A stretch of 64,000 nucleotides of DNA from Balanoglossus misakiensis (lineage: Eukaryota > Animalia > Hemichordata). Location: contig CM082595.2 in the NCBI GenBank assembly GCA_040954595.2, forward strand, positions 7,546,317 through 7,610,316. Direction: 5' to 3'. Positions 1 through 12,100 of the stretch are shown in pieces; the stretch's first letter is position 1; each line of letters opens with the position of its first letter. Both the position numbers and the translations under genes were made by a program. Below the pieces are notes generated by a model. The model was not told the origin of the DNA, did no database searches, and was given only the letters and a program-made list of their open reading frames with translations.

Positions 1-249
1 GTAATTTAATAAAGCAACATTCAGAATTGCTGGTGTGTAATATCAGCTATGCATATTAATAATTACCATTTGAAAGTTTAATATTACAATATTCATAGAC
101 TTACTAAATTATGCACTGATGATAATAATAAACATATATAATATTTAAGAGTATAATACAGCTAGAATAATACACTATTGACTTTAGATTTCGTAGAATG
201 CAGTTGGTAGGGTTTCTGATTTTTATGGGTTTAAAATTCTGATTTTATT

Positions 250-967
250 TCTGTGATGGTGGTGGCGGTTTTGATGTTAATTGTGTTTACTAATTGTTAT
301 GGTGATGACTTTGATGGTTGTTCTGATGTTGATGGCAGTCGTGATGATGATGATTATGGTGGTGGTGATGACGATGATTTAAAACATAAATAATAAATGT
401 GTAAACGATGATTGTGATGAGTAAAAGATAAATAAGAAATATGTAAATGATGATGGTGATGATGATTAAAAGATAAAAAAAATGTTTAGATGATGATGAT
501 GGCAATGATGATGATGATGATGATGATGGTGATGACGATGATTTAAAACAAATAATAAATGTGTAAACGATGATTGTGATGATTAAAAGATAAATAAGAA
601 ATATGTAAATGATGATGGTTATGATTAAAAGATAAAAAAATGTTTAGATGATGATGGCAATGATGATGATGATGATGATGATTTAAAACATAAATAATAA
701 ATGTGTAAACGATGATTGCGATGATTAAAAGATAAATAAGAAATATGTAAATGATGATGGTGATGATTAAAAGATAAAAAATGTTTAGATGCTGATGATG
801 GTGGTGGCGGTGATGACAATGATTTAAAACAAAAATAATAAAAATGTAATCGGTTATTGTGATGATTAAAAGATAAATAATAAGATATATGTAAATGATG
901 ATGATGATGATTAAAACAAACAAGAAATATGTAACTAACGATGGTGATGATTAAAAGATAAATAAGA

Positions 968-1000
<33 letters not shown>

Positions 1001-1190
1001 AAAACATAAATAAGAAATATGTAAATGATGATGGTGATGATTAAAAGATAAAAAAAATGGTTAGATGATGATGATGATGATGATTATGATGACGATGATT
1101 AAACGATAAATAATAAATGTATAGATGATGACAATGATGATTAAAAGATAAACGGCAATGATGATGATTGTGATTTAAAGATAAATAAGG
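250..1190. repeat. Degenerate tandem repeat of (GAT)n tracts and AT-rich linkers
   Basis: Recurring blocks such as ttaaaagataaataagaaatatgtaaatgatgatg and atttaaaacataaataataaatgtgtaaacgatg separated by variable (GAT)n; source of the His/Ile-rich ORFs. Confidence 0.85.
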
Positions 1191-1769
1191 AATATTTAGT
1201 TTTTCATGAAGCCACAGTTGTGAAGCTTAATTTGTATTAATAAATGTCAAGTAACCTTAGCAAAAGGCATAATTTAGTAATTATATTTAATATTAGGGGA
1301 TAATTAAATTTGTAGGACTAAATTGTAATGATGATTTTCCAGTAAGGGGTAAAACTAGTTAAAGGTATCAGCAGATAGCAATTAGTTTAGATAGATAATA
1401 TGTAGAAAGGGGATAACTACAGAATTGTTAATAATTTGTAGAAGTTTCAGTCCCCCGTGGGACTGTCATTGATAGTGAGTACTGGTCCATGTTTCTGCCT
1501 TGGAAGTAGAGATAGTTTAACTTTTTGTAAGTCTTTCGGGTAATTATTGCAAGTTTATCAGAGCCTAGAGTTTTACAACGTGCATCAGCTAGCTTAACTA
1601 GCCAACAGATGAAAGACTCAACACAATGTATGTATACTATAACATAAAACCTGACCAGTCTATGATAATGTATTAATATTTCCTATTATTTGTTGCAGGT
1701 GATGGGGTTTTGTTAGCAGCCAAGATGCAGTCCGTAGCAATCATTTATACTTGTCATATTTACACAATT

Positions 1770-3290
1770 TTTCTCATTAGTTTCAGATTTCCATGATGCA
1801 ATACATCCTCCAGTCCAGACGCCAAACTGGTAACCAGGTAACGTGATTCCTGTGGTGTGAGTATGCAAATTAAGTTTGTGTGAGTAACCATTGAAGTACA
1901 TTACATTCCTAAAACCACAATGAAAATCTGAATGTCCCAGAAAGCCAAGATCATGATATGGCTTCGCTTGTGTTTACCTGAAACACTTTGCACTAGTTGC
2001 CTTGTATTTTCATCAGTTTGTCACAATATTGGCGATTGTCCAGAACTAGAAACAACTGTACACCAAACAAGAAAAAAATATGTCTTAGCCAAGTTGCAGT
2101 GCGTAGCGGTCAGTTATAATTGTCTAATTCCCCTTTTTTTCTTATTAGTTTCAGATGTCCATGATGTGTGGTGTATCCTCCAGTCCAGACGCCAAGCTGG
2201 TAACCAAGGCATCATGATTCCTGAAGTGTAAGTATGCAAATTAATTTTCTATGAACAGCCATTGAACTTCATAAACCACAGTGCAGATCTGAATGTCACA
2301 GAAGGCCAAGATTTGTCCATATATGTTCACCACATTTCTCCATAGATACATTAATTTGCCTGTTATTTGCGTGATACAAAATACAATTATATTGACTTAT
2401 TTTTCTCTTTTTGTAGATAACACTACAGTTTCTATCTGATGATCAACAACTGGCAACCAACATAAAGATTTGTGCATGCCTGTAAAGCTGCAAGGTAACA
2501 TTTTCAAAAGTAACATTTAAGCAACAAACGGCGTTAGTGGGGCATATGGTACAATTATTCTAATATGACTTAAGTGCAATTTCATGAAAACTTTGTATGT
2601 ACATGATGTACTGTGACGTATATATGTACATCAATTTATCTTGCACTTTGATCCAGTATGGCTAACCAGCAGCCATTTTTTAAACAAAAAATTCCAGTGC
2701 AGAGCCATTAGTAGTCAGGCCATGCCAGAACCAATTCTATTTTGACATAGGAGCATAATTTAATTTACACAGTTTAAATCATTATTTTTAGATTTCCCTG
2801 ATGGACCATATCTTCCAGCCCATGATGCAATATTCTCCAGTCTAGACTCCAGAGTGGTAATGCAAATTAATTTTTTGTGAGCAGCTATTGAAGTTCATTA
2901 CATTCATAAACCACAGTGAAAATCTGAATGTCACAAAAAGCCAAGATTTGTCCATACATTCTCGCAAACAACAGTATACCGTCTTGTATTCATGAAGACA
3001 GGAGATCATCTGTCCATAGATACATTTTACTGTCATTTTTTTGACAAAAAATACTTATTGTCAGATGTTTTCTTATTTGCAGACAACAGTTTCTATCTGA
3101 TGATCAACATCTGCCAACCTAGATCTGTGCATGTGTGTGAAGCAGGGGAGCAGATTTCTAAGGTAAAGGTTAAGCTACAAACAGATTTAGCAGGGCATAT
3201 GGTACAACTATGACTTTACCCCAATTTCATTAAAACTTGATGCATACAAGTGTACTATGAGGTACATCAGTTTGATCCAGTATGGGCACC
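1770..3290. repeat. Old, diverged local duplications
   Basis: 1775-1955, 2140-2320 and 2790-2955 share tttcagat..ccatgatg..cctccagtc.agac..atgcaaattaa..aaccaca.tg..atctgaatgtc.ca.aa.gccaagat; 2400-2660 resembles 3060-3290. Confidence 0.65.
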
Positions 3291-3729
3291 AGGCATTATT
3301 AAATAAAAAATTCAGAAATCAACTGTTCACTGTGCCTTTGGATCGAGTTACATCAAGTTATGTACTGCACTGTGAAACATACATGTGCCATCGGGGCACT
3401 GGAGAGTATGTATGGTGGCCTGCGGAATATAGCATGGATGATCAAACGTTGGATGTGATGACAGAAGGCTATCGGGAGCCCAACACATGGACATGGAAGT
3501 CAAATTATCATTCCGTTTGACTTAAATGCTGTTTCGGATCACAGATACATTGAGGGATACAATGACAAGGACATTCTTTACAACTTCAACTGCCCATTAC
3601 AACATAAATATAAGAATTGACTAAAGAAATCGTCTAAATTATTAGTATTCCTGCGGAAATGTCACAGACCTAAAAGAAAACAGCTTACAGCTGAGCCATA
3701 CCAAACCATTCAGATAGTGTTTCACTGAA

Positions 3730-4880
3730 TATGTATGTTTGTGTGTGTGTGTGTATGTATGCATGTCTATATGTTGTATGTCCATGTATGTATGTATACT
3801 ATACGAAGTATGCGGTTCGACTGGTCCGATACAAAGTGCTCAATACAAGAGTAGAGCGGAGTATAAAGAAGGGTAGTAGAAGAAATGGAAGGCGGTAAAA
3901 TCTCTACAACGCTGTTTCGTGAGTCACTAGACTCACTCATCAGGAGACTAAACTGGCGAAAATGCAAGGGGAAGGCGCGTTTTTATGCAGGTACACAGGT
4001 GGTGGAATGTAAGTTGGGGTGGGCCGTTTTGCATAACAATGTGTATAGCTGGTGTGTGGGAAGTTTCTAGATTTAATTGTTGCGTAACGATGCTTTGTGT
4101 CTGTTGACAAGAGGACACAAGTTCGTTTCTTTTATTGAGTGTGGAATTTCTGGGTTGCGTTATGTATACATGTACATGTACGTCTGTATGTATGTATGTA
4201 TGTTGTATGTACATGTATGTGAACTATGTATGTATGTACATGTATGTGTGTATGTATGCATGTACGTCTGTATGTATGTATGTACATGTATGTGAACTAT
4301 GTATGTATGTACATGTATGTGTGTATGTATGCATGTACGTATGTATGTATGTATGTACGAACGTACATGTTTGTATGTATGCATGTACGTACGTACGTAT
4401 ATACGTATGTACGTACACGTATGTACATGTACATATATGTATGTATGTGTGTATGTATGTATGTCTGTATGTATGTATATGTTTGTATGTATGTACATGT
4501 ATGTATATATACACATGTACATCTCCATGTATGTATGTATGTATATGCATGTATGTACATGTATGTTTGTATGTATTTACATGTATGTACTGTAAAACAC
4601 TTTATTTTTCAAAATTTTCGAGATATCGAGAGAGGCCACTGTTTCGCGAGTATTAATTTTCGCGTTCTCTTATTTCATTCACTGTATCGCTATCTTCAAA
4701 AAAGCACGCGACTTTTTATTTTCACGTTATTTTGGCTCTCGCGTATTTCACGTAAATTTATTGCTTGCAAAAATAAAGTGTTTTACAGTATGTACATGTT
4801 TGTATGTATGTATGTGTGTGTATGTATGTATGTATGTATGTAGGTATGTATGTAGGTAGATACATGTATGTGTGTATGCA
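3730..4880. repeat. Imperfect (TATG)n/(TG)n microsatellite field
   Basis: Direct reading; dense from 4160, interrupted by a MITE at 4588-4790. Confidence 0.9.
4588..4790. mobile_element. ~205-bp TA-flanked MITE, family A (Tc1/mariner-type by TSD)
   Basis: TA-CTGTAAAACACTTTATTTT...AAAATAAAGTGTTTTACAG-TA; same CGCG-rich interior in five more copies. Confidence 0.85.
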
Positions 4881-5989
4881 ATGCATGAAGTGTTGGAAAC
4901 TACTGCCCGTCCTCCCATCCGAGACTGGTAACTTTTTAGTATGTACGTCCGATATGTACATACGTATATCCAGTGTATGGATGTTTGTTTATGTGTGAAG
5001 TTTAAATGTCTCTTGGTTCCTATGACAAATCAATACAAGGTACGGTAAGTGTAATAGGTCATTTTCTGTTTACAGGAAAGAAGAGGATACGCGTGTACCA
5101 GTATGGAATCAAAAGCCAGAGCATCAGATGCAGAGACACTTATTCGGACGAGATAATTTTTTTTTCACTGGAGTAAACTAACTTTGTTTCATTTCTTTAT
5201 CATTTCAAGAATTGAACTCTCCCCCCCCCATGAGTTGCATTTGAACATTGATCAATCCCAACCTTAGTTATTATATTCCAATTTTGGGATTGTTATCCCA
5301 GAGAGAGGGAGCAGGTTAAAATTAAATTGCAATGTGTATATTTCAGTATGTCAACACTTGCCAGTGAAATTGAATATTTTCTAAAAAATCCCATCATATT
5401 GTTTTATTACATTCCTAAATTATCAGTATGATTTGTTCAGTATAACCTGAAGGTTGTTGTGTCCTATAGGCACGATAAGCATTGCGCGTAACAATTAAAC
5501 ACTGTGTAAATTAAATTAATAATACTAATGGCATTGGATACAGCAGACTTCAGGTGTTTGCCATTTAGCAGTGCATAAAGAATAAGTTGACTGTTAACAT
5601 ATGCTAAATGGTAAACAAAATAAAAAGGAATTACAACATTATTCCTGTATTGGTACAAAATGTGTGTGAAACTTGTGTGTTTTAAAAGCAAACATGACAA
5701 TGAACAGTAAACCACAACTGCATGTGGTTCGACTTGCTCTCTCTCTCTCTCTCTAAATTTGAATTGTCATTTTCATTTTATTGTACAATAGGTATGATTT
5801 ACTGGTATTGTACATTTTGAAAGAATGATTTTTTATGAAGGAAGGGTTTAATGGCCATGTTTTCATGATTAATATTAGGTATGAATATGTAAATTTAAGG
5901 CTATACAGAAAAACCTGGGTCAGTAAAACTGCCTCAACTTCATATTCACCTCTCAAACTTGGCTCAGTGATAAGGGCCAATAAGTAGTC

Positions 5990-7585
5990 GACTACCTGAC
6001 CCTTGAACTTTTAATTAATCATGTGACCCGGCAGCCATCTTGGATTGAAAAATCTAAATGGTCCTCATTTGCATAACAAATGAGGAATCAAAATTCTGTA
6101 ATCAATCTTTGTAGACCGGTAACCTACATGCCCCTTTTCAAGGTCCTAGGCCAAAATTTCTAGAGCAATATTTTTCATATCCCATGACCTTTGACCCAGC
6201 AATTGGCCTCCAACAGCAATTAGGGAATGGCCACATTTTAACTCTGGCATTATGGTCTATGTAATGGTCCTGGACAGCTAGTGTCTATTGTCCAGTGACC
6301 AACATGGGACCAAAATAAATGCCAATGTCTAGAGCATTATCTTTCGTATCCCATGACCTTTGACCCAGCAATTGGCCTCCAACTGCAATTAAGATATGGC
6401 CACATTTTAAACTGTGGCATTATGGTCTATGTAATGGTCCTGGACAGCTAGTGTCTATTGTCCAGTGACCAACATGGGACCAAAATAAATGCCAATGTCT
6501 AGAGCATTATTTTTCGTATCCCACGATCTTTGACCCAGCAATTGGCCTCCAACTGCAATTAAGGTATGGCCACATTTTAAACTGTGGCATTATGGTCTAT
6601 GTAATGGTCCTGGACAGCTAATGTCTATTGTCCAGTGACCAACATGGGACCAAAATAAAATCCAAATTTTGGGAGTTATCCCTGACCTTTGAAGGTAATT
6701 AAATATGTGCATTAACCAATTGAGCCAGAGGATTGGTTTTGGTAGACATGCAAAAGAATGGGAGCAACATGTAACCACCATATTTTGTGGTTACCCCCTG
6801 ACCTTTGACCCTCATTAATTATGTACATATCTAATTTCACCTAGAAAGCTGAATTTTGGTGGATAGGTCAGGGTGGCATTATGGGATGAAATAATTTTGT
6901 TGACATGCCATATGACCTTGATGTCCTTTGACCTTAACATAACATAAATGCAAATTACCAGAGGTGCAAGCTTCGTATTTGGTGGGATTAAGCCCAGAGA
7001 TGTACAGGTTAACCCCTGACCCTATTTAATGTTGTGCATATCTAATTATAGGCTTGCAAAAACACCTAGAAAGCTGATTTTTGGTGGACAGGTAGAATAA
7101 TGGAATGTCATTATTTTGCCAACATGATGACCTTTGACCCTAATATCACATCAATGCGAATTACGAGATGATTACAGGAGGATCAAGCTTCATATTTGCT
7201 CAAATGAAGCGCATAACTTGAAAGGTTAACCCCTTGACATTTGACTCTCATTAATTATGTGCATATCTTATTCTAGGTTAACCAATAGGGCTTGAGCTCC
7301 AATTTTTGGTGGACACAGACCATTATGGCTTCAAATCATTTGGCCATTATGTCATGTGACCTTTATGACCTTCGACCTCAATGTCACGTAATTAAATATT
7401 AATAAAGTGCTCAAGGGTTCACATTTTGTGTGGTGAAGTGCCCAATGGTGCACTGTCCCTGACCTCAAACATTATGAAATGAAATTCTAGGCAAACAAAT
7501 AGAAAAGAGGTCTTTATTGTTACAATTAAGGTCAATTATGTGACCGAAATGTTTGGCCAACATGTCACATGACCTTGACCTTAAA
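5990..7585. repeat. TGACCTTTGACC-rich repeat including a 170-bp x ~3 tandem array (6160-6690)
   Basis: gccaatgtctagagcattat at 6321 and 6491 (period 170); many TGACCT(T)TGACC motifs. Confidence 0.75.
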
Positions 7586-7899
7586 AGTGACTTTCTGAAT
7601 GGTCTTTGGACATGCTTGGGCCCGGTAATGCTACTTGTAGCTTTAATTTATTATTTATTTTTTTATTTGTTTGTTTGTTTTTTGCTTGTTTGTTTATGTA
7701 TTTTTGTTTGTGTATTTTTATTTTTTTGTTTGTTTTGTTTTGTTTTGTTTGTACTTGTTTATCCATGAATCCATCAATTCATTCATTCATTCATTTAATT
7801 TTTTTTTGTATATGTGTGTGTGTGTGTGCGTTGGTATGCGTATATTATGTATGTTTGATTTTTTTCTATGGATTGACACAAGTTTTTGTGTTTAGGATT

Positions 7900-8460
7900 T
7901 TTGTTAGGTATCTGTCTGGGAGTATGATGGTTGTATTTGGCTCTTGTGATTGCCATGCTGATTTTTTGAATTTGTACTTGAATGTTCATAAGTTTTTGGT
8001 GTCTGGGAATTCTGTGGTATTTGCTGTCTCTGATTGCCATGGTTGTCTTTTCTTTTGAATGGTCATGATTTTTTGACTGTATGATAGAGTTCTGGGTTTG
8101 CATTTAGACGTCTGTGATTGCCATGGTCTTTTTTTTTGGGGGGGGGGGGATTTGTAGTTGAATGTTCATAAGTTTTTGGTGTCTGGGAATTCTGTGGTAT
8201 TTGCTGTCTCTGATTGCCGTGGTTGTCTTTTTGAATTCTTTTGAATGGAAATGATTTTTTGGGGGTGCCTGAAAGTGTTCTGGGTTTGCATTTAGACATC
8301 TGTGATTGCCATGGTTTGTTTGGAATTTGTAGTTGACTGTGTAAAGTTCTTGGTGTCTAAGAGATCTGTTGTTGTATTTTGCCATTTGTGATTGCCATTT
8401 CCTGTGTTTTTTTAATTCATATTGAATTTTCATGATTTTTGGAGGAGTTTGGTGGTTGTT
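7900..8460. repeat. Degenerate ~180-bp tandem repeat
   Basis: aatgttcataagtttttggtgtctgggaattctgtgg at 7981 and 8161; recurring tgattgccat subunits. Confidence 0.75.
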
Positions 8461-9152
8461 TTCTGTCATTTTGACGAAGCTGGTTGGAACCCACGTGCCG
8501 AAGAAGTCCCAAGATCGCGATCTTCAATTCATTTTTAGCTTTTTACCTTTTTTTTTGCAGTGTACTTTCCCGTGACATAAATAATAAATATATCTGTGTT
8601 TTTTGTGTGTATTTTAAAGTTATTATGATTACATTGTTTGTCTCTTTTATCCCCAATGTTGAATTTTTTTCCTCGGTGTTGGGTGCCTTTAATGAAGTTT
8701 TCCCAATGGCTATAACAGATGAGAAGGTTTCAATTTGCAATATTTTTGATAATACCATTTGTATAGCATGACTTACCAGATGTAAAAACATTTGCAATAG
8801 ATCCTTCAAGTCCAGTGTAGTTTCCTGGGATCAGTTCATTAGTTGCTTTTCACATGCGCGCGCTGAACAGTTTTAAATACCGGTATATCTGTTTTTATTC
8901 TTCACATTTTAATGTGAACGTCATGATTTTGCTTTTGTTTGACATTGATACTTGCATAGATCAGGTTACTGTACACATTTGTTGCATGCTTATGCATGTG
9001 CGAGTGTTTACAGTGCTTTGATTTTTTGTTTATTTTTTATAAATACATAATGTGTTTGCTAAAGCTATATAGGCATATTTCGGTTACAATATTTAGGGGG
9101 CATAATAGGGAATTTTCGCTCATAAATTGAATAACATCGAGCCTATGCAACA

Positions 9153-12100
9153 TGGCTTACAGGCAACACATTATATACACTTTTTGAACAATAAAATTGT
9201 ACTTTAAAAGTTTTCTTTATTTTATTCACTTTCAGTTATTTTACATTTGAATATTCATTTTTCCCCGAATGGTTTTGGGTCTTAATGAAAGTTTTCCAAT
9301 AACTGTCAGATGAGGTTCCAATTTGCCTCTACTTGACATTTTAAAGTATTCATTTTTTAACAGTTTTGGTGTATGAGTGTGTGATTTTTGTACAGATTAT
9401 TGTACAGATTTGTCACATGCTTATGCATTGTGTGAATGTTTACAGTTCTTTGAATATTTTATAATTTTTTTATAAAGACATTAATAATGTGTTTGCAGAA
9501 GCCTTATAGGCATTTTTGGTTATAATATTTAGGGGGGCATAACACCAGGGAATTTTCGCTCATAAATTGAATAACATCGAGCCTATGAAACATGGCTTGC
9601 AGGCAACACATTATGTACACCTTTTGAACAAAAAAAATTACTTTTGGCATTTACTTTAAAAGTTTTCTATATTTAATACACTTACAGTTATTTACATTTT
9701 AATATTCATTTTTTACTCGGAATGTTTGGGGTCTAAATGAAAGTTTTCCAATAACTACATCAGATGAGGATTCAATTTGCTTTTACATTTTATTTCAAAA
9801 TATTTACTTTTTAATTAAGATTTCAAAATTATTCTCAGTGTCCATGCCTTTTTCCCCAATTGGGGGCTCTTCAACGTTTTCACCCAGTTGCTGCAACTGA
9901 TGAAGTTTCCTTCAAGTATATCTCTTCAAGTCCAGCATAGTTTCCTGTGATCAGTACATTAGTCACTTTTGACACAACTGACTTCAACAGTTTGACATTT
10001 GTCATGTTCGTTCTTTCTATTTTAGAATGAAATTTGTGATTTTAGGTTTGTGCTGAAACTTATGGAACTTAGTTTGGATAAGATTATTCTTATACACATT
10101 AAGTTCCACTATCTGTATCAGACATTTTTGTCATTTGACAGTTACATTTTTTCAGAAGGCATTAATGCCATTGTTTGTAAACTTCGTGAATCTTCATGAT
10201 TACCTACGCTTTCCCAGATGATTTTTTCCCTATCCCGAAATAGGTTTTTTTCTGGGTTTTAGTGCGGGGTAAATTGTCAATTTGTGCAGTCATTCTAGTG
10301 TAGAATAAAGTACATGAGCTGCCTCTCATGTAAAATTGACCTGTATTGTGTGTGTGTATGCATTTGGATGTGGTATTCTGCAGGCCGGTTGGAATGGAGA
10401 TGGCGACTATACACTGGAGTGGGTTGGGTGTTTGAATGTGTCCAGAGCTGGTGGATTGTGGGTGTCAGTCAACAGTACATGTGTACAAACTTGAAAACAG
10501 TAGCATCTAATGCGAATCACTGTGGAAACCTTAAAAGTGGGAAAATACATTAACACTTTCCTCTACATTGGGAGGGAGTAAAACCATGTTGTGGGGAATA
10601 TTTGGGAGAGAATTTAGTGGAACAGCCATGCTGTTCTGCCAATACCCCCTGGTTGCAATGTCATTATCATCTCCCTGAACAGATGGGACATATAAAATGA
10701 ATATTTAAATGAGGAACGAAATGGGGGAGTGAAATCTGTTGCATGGGAACAGCCTCAGTGATGACTCATCAAAGTCCGATGACGATGCAATATGATACAA
10801 GCAGAAGTTGTAAAATGACTTTGGACTTAAATGGCGACAATCGACTTGTGCGCATGTGCCAAACCAGAGACTCTGGTTACAAAAATTGTATACAGTCAAT
10901 GTCATCGCCATAAGGCAGTGTGCTGTCCTAACAACAGACAAGATGGCGGTGACCATAGTCTGTGTCGGAGATCAGGAAAAACCAGCAAATTGGGTGAAAG
11001 GAATGGACAAAACTAAAGTCTACTTATATGGTGCATATGAAATATGGAAGGAGGCGAAGGCAGTCTACTATTTGGATGCCTTGAGAGCAAAAATTGCAGA
11101 AATTTGGACGAAATGTTTGTACACACAAATATGGTCAAAAGCTTAAAAGTAAACAAATGCAATTTGGAGATTATGGGAACTAGTCAGTCAGGGTCATCCA
11201 GTTAATTAATACAGTCTGTGTCAAAAGGTCACTGACCCCCCCCCCCCCCCCCCATGCAAAGCAGAAAGGGCCTCCCCTTGAATTTCACAAACGGGGTGAC
11301 TCATATTTTATCACGAGAGAAATCAGAAACCATTAATATATACATGTAGACTTGATATTTTTTTGCAAAGTCACTGCTCTATCAGAAATTCCTGAGAAGA
11401 ACATCACCTGGCCTAAGGCATTGAGAAAATTAAGTTTAAAAAAATGTAGGGCTGTTCTACTTGGGTATGACATGTATAATCGTCTAACATGTTTTACTAT
11501 AGTATAACATACAAAGTTGCGGCAATTAAATATTTTCATATGCATCAATAGCTCATGGACAATTGTTGATGATAAAAGCTCATCAATTTAGATTTTAATA
11601 AAGCACAGACAATTGCCTTTCTAGCAATACATGTACAAGTTTGTTGGAGAAACGAAATACAGTTCATAAAAGTATAGAAAACTTCGGCACAAAAATATGG
11701 ATGAGGAAAAATGGCGCCACTAGTTCCTCGCCCGATGGGGGCGCTCTGCTACACTCGGCCTAGTCTGGTTCCCTGCCCCAATCCCACCGCTGGCTGCGCT
11801 ACGCTAAAGGGAAAGGGTCAGGCACGGCCTATTGTAAACATGGCTCTCATTGGTCAATACGTACGAACATTAAGTTGTTAAGTTGATAAGATGTTGTAAG
11901 ATACTCATTTCCCGTTCTCTCCTTCACCTCCATGAATGTTTATCATTCGATTTCCAACTTTACAACAAACGAAACAAAATAAACAGCCTGGATGAATCTT
12001 GACTGGCGTACGGACATTGGAGGCATCCATCTTGTTTATGATCACCTGGTCTTCCCAGGTTTCTGAGGATGCAATCGGGCCGTACCTTACCCCTTTAGCG

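Noticed and set aside
290-923. His/Ile-rich ORFs and a repeat-spacer appearance
   Set aside because: Translations of a (GAT)n tandem repeat; no unique spacers or cas genes, so not CRISPR.
4077-4998. Long MYVC/HTYI ORFs on both strands
   Set aside because: Stop-free reading of the (TATG)n microsatellite.
5045-5075. gtaagt...tttacag pair suggesting an intron
   Set aside because: Only 31 nt long and no coherent flanking ORF.
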